DNA of 45,469 nt. It comes from a virus. Positions 35,929 through 43,983 of the stretch are shown piece by piece; position 1 is the stretch's first letter, and the number at the start of each line of letters is the position of its first letter. The notes beneath the pieces are model-generated. The model saw only the letters and a list, made by a program, of their open reading frames with translations, was not told the DNA's origin and searched no databases. The DNA lies in UHGV virus genome UHGV-0206691. One strand, 5' to 3'. A program made the position numbers and the translations under genes.

Positions 35929-36201
35929 CTAGTCCTTATCATTTAAACATAGAAACGGCGTAATCTCAGTAAACCAGTTACTTTTTACACAAGCAATAGA
36001 CTATGGCCCTTCCGAACGCGTCAGCGTAACTACACTCAGGACTTACGTCCCGCTCCGTTACCTGCCCGCGCCGCGGTCGCTTGTTCATACTTCACAAGCT
36101 CAGGTGAGCTTAGCACATTTTCAGTGAAAAGTCAACTATTCGAATAGTTTATTCCGACATTTACAATTGAGCGGAATACCTGGAATACGTAAATAAATAG
36201 T

Positions 36202-36230
36202 TTGCAGACACCAATATAATAGGGTACTAT
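36202..36230 (+). promoter_or_regulatory. early-class promoter TTGCAG-N17-TACTAT
   Basis: tTTGCAGacaccaatataatagggTACTATtcagttaa; 36-nt core identical to copy at 38070. Confidence 0.55.
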
Positions 36231-36258
36231 TCAGTTAACTTAAACAGGAGGTGTTACT

Positions 36259-36492
36259 ATGGGTGCGTACAAACATTCTATAAACTGGAAAGGTAGACGT
36301 GGCTTAGCTGTTCTCGAAGGGGGTGTTTCAGGCCCACACGCGTTTGGGTGGTGGCTAGTTCCATCATATTCAAACAAACATGGCGGGCAGGACTACGACT
36401 GGAATAACGCCATACCTACTAGATTCAAAACAAAGAAAGCCGCGTTGGACGCGCGTAAAGAGTTAAGAAAAGGGGGACTATTTTTACAGTAA
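36259..36492 (+). CDS. hypothetical accessory protein (77 aa)
   Basis: ORF track; CAGGAGGTG RBS; own promoter and terminator; antisense to head module. Confidence 0.5.
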   Translation: MGAYKHSINWKGRRGLAVLEGGVSGPHAFGWWLVPSYSNKHGGQDYDWNNAIPTRFKTKKAALDARKELRKGGLFLQ

Positions 36493-36497
36493 AAATA

Positions 36498-36516
36498 AGG
36501 CCCCTTAAAGGGGCCC
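36498..36516. terminator. bidirectional hairpin terminator
   Basis: AGGCCCCttaaaGGGGCCCT after stop of 36259..36492. Confidence 0.55.
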
Positions 36517-36520
36517 TCTA

Positions 36521-36982
36521 TCATTCTGGCTTAATAACCTTCGCCGCTTTACTGACAGCCTCTACACCATCGGCATCAGTAACTTTAACGAAGTATTCGC
36601 CTGCTGCGTTAACCGTCAGAGACAAGACCTCTTCAGGGGCGTTTACCACTTCCTTTCCGTCTTTGTACCAGGTCAGCGCATACGGTGCTTTGCCCGCCTT
36701 AACTTCGACAGTGATGATTGCGCTACCGTCTGCCAGTTCAGTGTCTTTCGGTTGCACAGAGAAATACACGTCGCCAGCATCAGCCAGATACGGAATCTCA
36801 TAGAGCATGCCCGCTGCAGGCAGGGCAATACCGGTCTTGTCTGCAAACGGCATAACGTCTACAGGTGCACCCAGTACACTTTCGTCTTCAATAAACACCA
36901 CGTTCTCGCCAGAGCCAGACACACGGGCGTACTGAACAACACGACGCGACGGCACATCAGTTACTTTAAAAAAGCCCATCAT
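36521..36982 (-). CDS. Ig-like domain protein (possible capsid decoration)
   Basis: ORF track; YALTWYKDGKEV...GEYFVKVTDADG I-set-like pattern. Confidence 0.5.
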   Translation of the reverse strand: MMGFFKVTDVPSRRVVQYARVSGSGENVVFIEDESVLGAPVDVMPFADKTGIALPAAGMLYEIPYLADAGDVYFSVQPKDTELADGSAIITVEVKAGKAPYALTWYKDGKEVVNAPEEVLSLTVNAAGEYFVKVTDADGVEAVSKAAKVIKPE

Positions 36983-38025
36983 TATTCCCCTTTCAGATAA
37001 TCAGCAACACGTTTATCGAGTTCCGCCATCTGCTTAAGCGTGAGCGGATTCCCGAAACCATCTACAGATATTACGCGAAACTCTTCCGGCGATATACCGC
37101 TGTTACGGAAAATCTTACCTCGCACCGGGCCGAGAGCCTGGTCCTGAAACCATGCAGGTTGTTGTTTCAGGAACTCATAATAAGTGGTGTCTGCGCTTAC
37201 CTGAGTGCCGCCTTCTGCACCCTTAGCTGCTCGTTTTGCACCTTTATCGAGGAAGTCGAATTCTGAACTTATTACAGGCGCAGTGGTACTCCTGCAATTA
37301 GGATGTGCGGGCGGCATCGGCCCTTTACCAATTTCCCACGTCATCCCGTCTCTGGCTCTGCAAATCGTACTGGTACGGCTGTCCAGCGTTGACACCCATT
37401 CGTATTTCTCGATAATGTCGTCGTTCTGGCGGTATGTCTCGTTACGGGCTTCGTTGGATACATGGGACAGCGCGGTGCGGATTACCGTAGCAGCGTTACG
37501 TTCAGAGATGTCCGCCAGTCCGCCAGCACCCACGACATTCTTAACAATCTGCCGTGTCGTCTGGCCTTGTACGAAACCCATCTTAACACCTGTTACCAGG
37601 CGCGATACTTCGGTTTCACCCCAGCTGGGCATCAGCTTAGTGAAATCGACAGGCTTGTCACTTAGTGCCAGAGGCTGAAACTCGGCGGCGGCCCACACCT
37701 GTTCGGCGGTGGGCGTAACAAATTCCGCGCCTACGTTGGCGGTCAGTGTCTTTACGTTCCACTCGGCCTCATACGCTGCCAGCTCCTTAAGGTCTTCTGT
37801 CAGCTTTGTCTGCCAGTCACCTGTAAGTCCTGTCAGTGCTTCTTCCAGGTCTCGTAACAGTTTATTCAGTCGCGCAGTGCTACGACCATCGTCGCCAAAT
37901 AGCAGCACCTGCCGTTTTATTTCGTCCCGCATTTCCTGAATGAATGGTGTGAAGTCTTTCACTTCACCGGACGCGGCGCGTTGCAGCCATATCTGGTGGC
38001 TGATTATGGATGTCAGTAAGCTCAT
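36982..38025 (-). CDS. head morphogenesis protein (Mu F / SPP1 gp7 family)
   Basis: ORF track 36982..38082 trimmed to ATG (MSLLTSII) after AGGAGGG; conserved STICRARDG ... HPNCRST. Confidence 0.8.
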   Translation of the reverse strand: MSLLTSIISHQIWLQRAASGEVKDFTPFIQEMRDEIKRQVLLFGDDGRSTARLNKLLRDLEEALTGLTGDWQTKLTEDLKELAAYEAEWNVKTLTANVGAEFVTPTAEQVWAAAEFQPLALSDKPVDFTKLMPSWGETEVSRLVTGVKMGFVQGQTTRQIVKNVVGAGGLADISERNAATVIRTALSHVSNEARNETYRQNDDIIEKYEWVSTLDSRTSTICRARDGMTWEIGKGPMPPAHPNCRSTTAPVISSEFDFLDKGAKRAAKGAEGGTQVSADTTYYEFLKQQPAWFQDQALGPVRGKIFRNSGISPEEFRVISVDGFGNPLTLKQMAELDKRVADYLKGE

Positions 38026-38069
38026 ATGCCCTCCTATAGTATCGCCAGTGTAACGCATAAAAATAATAT

Positions 38070-38098
38070 TTGCAGACACCAATATAATAGGGTACTAT
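38070..38098 (+). promoter_or_regulatory. early-class promoter TTGCAG-N17-TACTAT
   Basis: tTTGCAGacaccaatataatagggTACTATtcagttaa. Confidence 0.55.
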
Positions 38099-38129
38099 TC
38101 AGTTAAACGACAAAGAGGAGGAAGAAAAC

Positions 38130-38459
38130 ATGATTAATGCTAAAGAAGAGTTGCTCGCCCATCTGGATGGTAAAGATGTAGTTAAATGCGCCTGGTTTGC
38201 AGACTATGATGCGGATGACGCGGATTACGGTTTCGTTGAGGGGAGTAAATGGCTCCTGCGGGAGAATTACTCCCGCGGAGAATGGGAAAGCCTAATGGCC
38301 GCACTTGATTTTGAATACCACGACGGTTACGGCAGTCAAAACTTCTTCGGGGTAATTTGGTACGAAGATGGTACATGGTCTTCTCGCGGAGAATACGATG
38401 GTTCTGAATGGTGGGAATATAATGCCGTGCCGGATGTGCCGGAAGAACTTAAGCGCTAA
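38130..38459 (+). CDS. hypothetical acidic Trp/Tyr-rich accessory protein (109 aa)
   Basis: ORF track; AGAGGAGG RBS; own promoter and terminator; antisense to head module. Confidence 0.5.
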   Translation: MINAKEELLAHLDGKDVVKCAWFADYDADDADYGFVEGSKWLLRENYSRGEWESLMAALDFEYHDGYGSQNFFGVIWYEDGTWSSRGEYDGSEWWEYNAVPDVPEELKR

Positions 38460-38463
38460 AATT

Positions 38464-38487
38464 AAGGCCCCTTTAGGGGCCTTTTCT
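38464..38487. terminator. bidirectional hairpin terminator
   Basis: AAGGCCCCtttaGGGGCCTTTTcttatt. Confidence 0.6.
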
Positions 38488-39980
38488 TATTGCTGCTGTT
38501 GGTCTTGCGGAGATTGTTCCTGTCTTGCTGTAGCAGGAATCTCTCCCGCCACCTGAGTATTTGCACCTAGCGGCAACGGTGCGTCTTCGATAGCGTTCTG
38601 AATGTCCTCGTCTGTCCAGTCAGTTACGCCCGCTTTGCGCAATGCTGCATAGTAAGCGGTAGCTGGTAGCAGACCAGCGTTAATATCCGCCATCCACTGT
38701 GCGCGGTCCTGAGCGGTCATCGGTTGCAGGAAGAACTCCATATTCAGCTTGAACTCAACCTCTGTACCTTCACGCAGCCCCAGCATCGCGGACACCCAGC
38801 GCAATGCTTCGGTATACGCCATGCTTACGTTACGCGCGATTGTCGCCATAACGGACGTATCAGCGCCGCGTTGTAGACGGGCGGATTCAGCGGTTATTTG
38901 CTGCGTCGGGGTGATAAGCTGCGCACCAATCTGAATGGCCTGATTCTCTTTATCCAGCATGTTCTGCTTAGCCAGGTTGTTCTCCCCCGCCTGAACCAGA
39001 AACGCATTGCCGCCGTAGCCAATGTTATGACCTGAACGCGACCCCATGCGCACGCCGTGAGGATTGGCTTCTTTCCACTGCTCCATACTCATGTTCTCGC
39101 CCGGGGCAATGAACAGCGTTGGCTGGCCTACAACGAAGCTGGATTCCTCATTGTCTGCGCTGTTGCGGAAATGTCCGATATTAAGCTCGGCCAACGGCAG
39201 CAAAGGGGCGTCGTCAATGGTCGCGTCGTTGTTGCTGGCCCCAATGAACGTGAACGGGATTTTGCCACGTAACTGTTCGCCGAGTTCCGGGAATATTTCG
39301 ATTACTTCATCCTGCGCACCACCTTCGGCATCGAAGCGGTAAATGCGCTGGCGATAGCGCCCGTCAATCAGGTCAAGGACGCGGTATTGTTCACCGAATT
39401 TTGTTTCGAACTCTGCGCCCGGTTCTGAGTATTCCCACACCTCGCGCAATACAACCATCGTCACGCGGTTAACTGAACCGACGCGAGTCAGTCGCCAGTT
39501 GATGATGTTCTCTGCGGTATAGAATGCGATGACCGGGTTTAGTAGCCCCGCGTTCTGTTCTGCCGCCGTTGCCGCGGCTGTTTCTGGGGCGTCCACCAGC
39601 AGTCCACCACGACCCACCGAGTCAATCTCCATTAGCGTATCCTGCGCGTGCTGCCACAGCCCGACACCGGAACCGTCCACATTATGTAACAGGTACTCCA
39701 GTTCAGGCGGAATAATCTGCTCAGGGTCTTTATGCATAATGCTGCCGACCATCCCCGCCAGGGTACGCTTAGTGAAGTTGTAGCAGATAGCGCCGTTCTC
39801 GTATTCTTCCTGGCGCTGTGCCGCGTATGTCGGGTCGGGTTCGTTTTTTCCTACGTTACGAAGATAGCGAATAAGGTCGCCTTCCAGAGCGTGGCGGACC
39901 TTCTGCCATTTATTGAAGTGATGCAGCCATTCCCGGTGTTTTGTCTTAACACCCTGATTCTGACCGTTCATAGTTAACAT
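38487..39980 (-). CDS. portal protein
   Basis: ORF track; 497 aa between terminase large subunit and head morphogenesis gene; Gln-rich C-terminal tail. Confidence 0.8.
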   Translation of the reverse strand: MLTMNGQNQGVKTKHREWLHHFNKWQKVRHALEGDLIRYLRNVGKNEPDPTYAAQRQEEYENGAICYNFTKRTLAGMVGSIMHKDPEQIIPPELEYLLHNVDGSGVGLWQHAQDTLMEIDSVGRGGLLVDAPETAAATAAEQNAGLLNPVIAFYTAENIINWRLTRVGSVNRVTMVVLREVWEYSEPGAEFETKFGEQYRVLDLIDGRYRQRIYRFDAEGGAQDEVIEIFPELGEQLRGKIPFTFIGASNNDATIDDAPLLPLAELNIGHFRNSADNEESSFVVGQPTLFIAPGENMSMEQWKEANPHGVRMGSRSGHNIGYGGNAFLVQAGENNLAKQNMLDKENQAIQIGAQLITPTQQITAESARLQRGADTSVMATIARNVSMAYTEALRWVSAMLGLREGTEVEFKLNMEFFLQPMTAQDRAQWMADINAGLLPATAYYAALRKAGVTDWTDEDIQNAIEDAPLPLGANTQVAGEIPATARQEQSPQDQQQQ

Positions 39981-39992
39981 TGAATAATCCTC

Positions 39993-41243
39993 TTAAAGTG
40001 CGAAAGTCACCGGGATGTTGATTACTGGTTTAACCACCGGCATCTCGTAAACTACAGGATAGCCGAGAGCATCCGCCATATGGTCAATGATGCCGTCTTT
40101 AGCTGGCTCTCCGTTATCGTCGTATGCCTGCTGCTCCAGCGTCTTCGCTATCTCGGGGCATAAGTGGTCGTTAACCCACAGCTTACCTTTTTCCAGCGCG
40201 GTATTCACGGCTAAAACACGGTCTTTAACCGGGGGGTTGGCAGATTTAGCGCGAACATCAAAACCGGCCTGCTGGAGTAATGCGATATCGGAGATTGATG
40301 CCGAGTTTGTTTTTCGGTTCTTGCCGCTGGCGTCGGGGTAAACAACGATGCGGTGGCCTTGCGACTTCCATTTCTCGGTAATTACGCGCACGGTGTCTGG
40401 CGTATCGAACAGGCCTTTCAGTTCTGCTACCGCGTGCCAGCCGTCTTTACGTTGCACATACACGGCGCTCGCGTTCTTCGTAACGTTGAAGTCCTGCCCA
40501 ATGTACAACGTGTCGCCCGGTTGAATTGTCTCTTTGCTGCGGTGCTTACGGCGGTCGTACGCGTAATACACGCTGCCAGATGTCAGGTTAACGAACTCAC
40601 CGTTCAGATAGGCATTAATCAGTTGCGCCGGGTAAGTCTCTGTCAGCGAGCTAATATAATCCGGCGGCAGGAATCTGGCGTTCTCATGAGTTGATGCCTG
40701 CACCATAGAGTAGCTCGGCGTCGGGTTCTCTTTGAACTTGGCGTAGACGAACTTGAACCCTTCCGGCGTCGTGGTTACAGAGATGTGGTTTGTTACGCCA
40801 GGAATAACAAGACGCATACGCGCTACGATTTTGTTCCACGCCAGCTCAGCTTTCTCGCGACTCAATACGTCCAACTCATCCACGACCGCCGCGGCGATTT
40901 TGAAGCCGACGATAGAGCCGGGGTTGTCCATCGAACGGCAGATAACTGTTCCGAGCACCGTGTTACCACGACTAACCACGACTTCTTTGTCACCGGATTT
41001 AACCAGCACATCGAGGCCGAGCAGGTTGGCCGCTTCCTCAAATGTCGGGTAGAAGATGTCACGGATAGCCGGATATGTAGGGCCGAAGTACCCCAGGCGC
41101 GTACCGGGGTGCTTGAGCATGAACGTAAGCAGGTCGAGGCAGCCGACAAATGTCTTGCCGCTACCGAAGCCGCCTACATAGGCTTTGTATTTGTTATCGC
41201 AATTCAGGAACAGTGCCTGTGGTGCGGATAGCTGAATACTCAT
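39993..41243 (-). CDS. terL: terminase large subunit
   Basis: ORF track; Walker A VGGFGSGKT near N-terminus; acidic nuclease-domain residues in C-terminal half; 416 aa. Confidence 0.9.
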   Translation of the reverse strand: MSIQLSAPQALFLNCDNKYKAYVGGFGSGKTFVGCLDLLTFMLKHPGTRLGYFGPTYPAIRDIFYPTFEEAANLLGLDVLVKSGDKEVVVSRGNTVLGTVICRSMDNPGSIVGFKIAAAVVDELDVLSREKAELAWNKIVARMRLVIPGVTNHISVTTTPEGFKFVYAKFKENPTPSYSMVQASTHENARFLPPDYISSLTETYPAQLINAYLNGEFVNLTSGSVYYAYDRRKHRSKETIQPGDTLYIGQDFNVTKNASAVYVQRKDGWHAVAELKGLFDTPDTVRVITEKWKSQGHRIVVYPDASGKNRKTNSASISDIALLQQAGFDVRAKSANPPVKDRVLAVNTALEKGKLWVNDHLCPEIAKTLEQQAYDDNGEPAKDGIIDHMADALGYPVVYEMPVVKPVINIPVTFAL

Positions 41244-41785
41244 TCCTCTACCTCGCCCATATTCGTTGTTACTATTTTGCCTACAGGCTCTGCGACACTG
41301 AAAACAATCTCAGTCGGCGCCGTTTCTTCGGTTGATTCAACCGGTTTCTCTTTGCCTAACCCCAACTTAGCGGCAGCGAACGTAGCCGAGATACCAGCGG
41401 CTCCTGTCTCAGTGAAGTATGCCTCTTCCAGCGCCTGGGCTGTTTCGTATGCTTCTGCAAATGCGGGAATCTCGCGCAGCCACAGCTTAATAATCGGGAT
41501 AGTGACGCCGATGTGCAAGGCAAAGCGGGCCAGTGACGGCGGCTTATCCTGAATCAGCGGGCGTTCGTCACCCTTAGACGTGGGCACAAGTTCCCACGAC
41601 GTGCGGTTGAAGAACTCGATTAACGCATCGCAATAGTCCGGGTCCCACAGCGCAGCGGAATTACGGGACGATTGATAAAGGCTCTGTTTGCCGCGCGGTC
41701 GTTTACGGCGACGGTTTGCGCTAACAGCTTCTTCATGTGCAGCTTGCACCACCTCTGGCGATGGCTGCTTGAGTTTCAGCTTCAT
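41240..41785 (-). CDS. terS: terminase small subunit
   Basis: ORF track 41240..41824 trimmed to ATG (MKLKLKQP) after AAGGGGATT; stop overlaps terL start; basic N-terminal region. Confidence 0.6.
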   Translation of the reverse strand: MKLKLKQPSPEVVQAAHEEAVSANRRRKRPRGKQSLYQSSRNSAALWDPDYCDALIEFFNRTSWELVPTSKGDERPLIQDKPPSLARFALHIGVTIPIIKLWLREIPAFAEAYETAQALEEAYFTETGAAGISATFAAAKLGLGKEKPVESTEETAPTEIVFSVAEPVGKIVTTNMGEVEE

Positions 41786-41881
41786 AGAATCCCCTTGCAT
41801 ATGCGTCTGACCATCAGAGCGCATCAGACGCGCCCTACGCGTCTAAAGGGATTATATAAGTGGAATGGGTGGGATGTACAG

Positions 41882-41905
41882 AAAAGCCCTCCGTAGAGGG
41901 CTTGT
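41882..41905 (-). terminator. hairpin terminator upstream of terS
   Basis: aaaAGCCCTCcgtaGAGGGCTtgtat; minus strand has T-run after stem. Confidence 0.45.
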
Positions 41906-42009
41906 ATCAGTTATATAGGCCGTGTCGTGATGCTCTTTTGCCATCGCCGCCGTAATGGTCATTAGCTACCGCGATAGCCCATGCGTTCTGGATGATTAGT
42001 AGCCTCATT

Positions 42010-42183
42010 TTAAGAATCTCAGCACGGCGTCCGCGATACCGGACGCCACTAGCCCGAAAAACATAGGCCACCAGATATATCTGGGCAGATTGGTAAATGT
42101 TTCTGGCTTAGTCCAGAAAGCCATTAAAAACGCGAACCAAAACACCATATAACTAATGTTGCTAAGTAATTCTAAAATATTCA
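42010..42183 (-). CDS. small membrane protein (about 57 aa)
   Basis: own reading MNILELLSNISYMVFWFAFLMAFWTK...; AGAGGAGAG RBS; ATGA overlap with upstream stop. Confidence 0.3.
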
Positions 42184-42417
42184 TTCCCCACTCTCCTCTT
42201 TAGCAATGCGCTGCTCAGTTTTAGTGATACCACGGCGCGTGAATAGCACCGGGCTTGTCTTAACGTGCGTCATCAGACGGTTGTTATAAATTACGTGGCG
42301 CTCGCAATCAACGTCTTTGCTGTACTTCGCAATCGTCATTTCGCAGATGCCGGTTTGTCGGCAAGTCTCAGACATACTTCCATACTCTTCAATCAGTTTA
42401 GGGATGCTGGTAATCAA
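42181..42417 (-). CDS. hypothetical protein, possible HTH
   Basis: ORF track; TTG start; my reading of the 3' end disagrees with the track by 1 nt. Confidence 0.35.
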   Translation of the reverse strand: MITSIPKLIEEYGSMSETCRQTGICEMTIAKYSKDVDCERHVIYNNRLMTHVKTSPVLFTRRGITKTEQRIAKEESGE

Positions 42418-42767
42418 TTTGTATCTCCTTTAGTGACAGTAATGTCTTTCTTAGTGATGTCTACAAAAATAGTGTGCGCGCCGCTTGTGTAAATGTGACA
42501 CCGCGGGACCAGGCTTTCTGTGGTCCATAAAAACTCGTGCGGACGGCCGGCGCGCACTCTCCTGATTTCAAACTTGCCATATTTAATGATAACCCCGTAG
42601 TTATGTGTCGCAGAGGGGTTGCAGAATTTGCTATAAACAGCTTCTTATATCGCGGATTCAATGTCTGTGAATCTCGCGGCAACAGTACGGGCCATTAGTA
42701 CCTACCCCACAGAAACCCAACCAATAGTCCAATGAAGTAACTAAGACCAACCAGACTAATAACAGCC

Positions 42768-43028
42768 TCAAGCCCCATACCCGATACCCCACATAACTAA
42801 CATCCCAACCGCCACACCAATCAGAATAGATACTGTTGTATTCGTCCACGCCCGCTGGCTACGCAAAGTCTCGGCGTTCTCCAGAATGTCGCGAACACGC
42901 GTTAAGTGTTCAACTTCCAGTTTCGCAGCGATTAGTTCCTGTGTCGCTTTTGAATATTTACCGTTCATCTTATCCAGCGCCTTCTTAAGGTCTTTGTTGT
43001 TCTTCTTGAGTTGTTCAATCTGTTCCAT
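42768..43028 (-). CDS. coiled-coil protein with C-terminal TM anchor (86 aa)
   Basis: ORF track; N-terminal charged coiled-coil then SILIGVAVGMLVMWGIGYG. Confidence 0.4.
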   Translation of the reverse strand: MEQIEQLKKNNKDLKKALDKMNGKYSKATQELIAAKLEVEHLTRVRDILENAETLRSQRAWTNTTVSILIGVAVGMLVMWGIGYGA

Positions 43029-43030
43029 AA

Positions 43031-43213
43031 CTACCCCACTATCTCATCACCAAGCCACGCCGTTTCTCGTATATCGTCGACCACACACGCGGCGTGCTCA
43101 CGGCTAATTGCAAAAATGTAGAAGCTGAACTTCTTCCCGTCGGCGTCGATGTGGTTAACCGAGTAAGGTTTCCACAGGACACCATCGATAACTACTGGCT
43201 CAGGCACTTTCAT
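43031..43213 (-). CDS. hypothetical protein (about 60 aa)
   Basis: ORF track 43031..43261 trimmed to ATG (MKVPEPVVIDG) with ATGA overlap. Confidence 0.35.
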   Translation of the reverse strand: MKVPEPVVIDGVLWKPYSVNHIDADGKKFSFYIFAISREHAACVVDDIRETAWLGDEIVG

Positions 43214-43499
43214 CTGGAAACAGTCCAAGACCACTAAGCATATCAGTAATTTCTGACTCAAGTCGTTGGCCTAACGCTGATTTAGTACAGTGTTCGGCCC
43301 ACTCCCCTGATTGCAGCAATCCAATCATATTTTCTATGTCAGACGCGATGGTTAGTAGTTCTTTAAACGCCTCTAGTAACTCCTTAAACGCCTCCAGTTG
43401 AAACTCACCGTTAATTGACAGTTGCCCGCCTAACGTCTGCTTCTCTGACTCAAGCACCTGAATACGGCGCTCGAGTGATGCGATTGTGATTTTAGGCAT
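43200..43499 (-). CDS. hypothetical coiled-coil protein with internal EAFKELL tandem repeat
   Basis: ORF track 43200..43565 trimmed to ATG (MPKITIASLERR) after AAAGGTGA. Confidence 0.4.
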   Translation of the reverse strand: MPKITIASLERRIQVLESEKQTLGGQLSINGEFQLEAFKELLEAFKELLTIASDIENMIGLLQSGEWAEHCTKSALGQRLESEITDMLSGLGLFPDESA

Positions 43500-43677
43500 T
43501 GGTGTCACCTTTGTTAAGGTTGAAGCGATTAATAAGTCCACGGCGCGTCTCGTAAAGCGACTCAACCATTTGCTCGGCTACAGCGATTTTAGTATTCAGG
43601 ACGTGCATCACGAGACCGATATCTACGCCGCTGTTAACAGCCTCCACCATCATCTTTTCGTATTCGCGGTCAGTCAT
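43492..43677 (-). CDS. hypothetical protein (61 aa)
   Basis: ORF track; start overlaps upstream stop. Confidence 0.4.
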   Translation of the reverse strand: MTDREYEKMMVEAVNSGVDIGLVMHVLNTKIAVAEQMVESLYETRRGLINRFNLNKGDTNA

Positions 43678-43831
43678 TTTTACGCTCTCCCCACATGCGA
43701 TTGAGATACTTGTTCTTGTCAGGCCCTGGGAAACTGTTACGTTTCATCAGTTCCTCGCGTGACGGGAACGGGGTGTGGTTGACTTTCTTGCCGGCTGATG
43801 GTGTCGTGATATTCCCTTCTGACTCGTTCAT
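43670..43831 (-). CDS. small hypothetical protein (53 aa)
   Basis: own reading MNESEGNITTPSAGKKVNHTPFPSREELMKRNSFPGPDKNKYLNRMWGERKND; GCAGGAGAGAAG RBS; overlapping stop/start on both sides. Confidence 0.3.
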   Translation of the reverse strand: MNESEGNITTPSAGKKVNHTPFPSREELMKRNSFPGPDKNKYLNRMWGERKND

Positions 43832-43983
43832 TTCTTCTCTCCTGCATAAGCTGCTTTCAGTGTCTGCATCGCGGCGAACCAGAACGCGTCTGCTGGGATG
43901 CTGTTGCTCAGGTTACTAACGGCGATGCGTGCCATCAGTTGTGCGTCTTTGAATGCTTCGGTATCTGTGATTTTCATATTCAT
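43828..43983 (-). CDS. small hypothetical protein (51 aa)
   Basis: own reading MNMKITDTEAFKDAQLMARIAVSNLSNSIPADAFWFAAMQTLKAAYAGEKK; overlapping stop/start on both sides. Confidence 0.3.
   Translation of the reverse strand: MNMKITDTEAFKDAQLMARIAVSNLSNSIPADAFWFAAMQTLKAAYAGEKK

Noticed and set aside
35930-36200. Possible tRNA gene in the ORF-free spanin leader
   Set aside because: No GTTCRANYC T-loop motif and no acceptor-stem/CCA architecture on either strand.
36214-36240. Reading the conserved element as a leftward promoter (TATTAT/TATATT -10 on the minus strand) for the structural genes
   Set aside because: In all five copies the plus-orientation reading gives constant 17-nt spacing and a downstream RBS and gene, while the opposite reading lacks a consistent -35; weak bidirectional activity cannot be excluded.
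42181-42417. Frameshifted pseudogene suggested by a 1-nt mismatch between my reading and the ORF-track translation
   Set aside because: The track reports an uninterrupted ORF. I saw the same 1-nt offset at two other places (about 21437 and 44933), which points to my own hand-indexing error, not a real indel.
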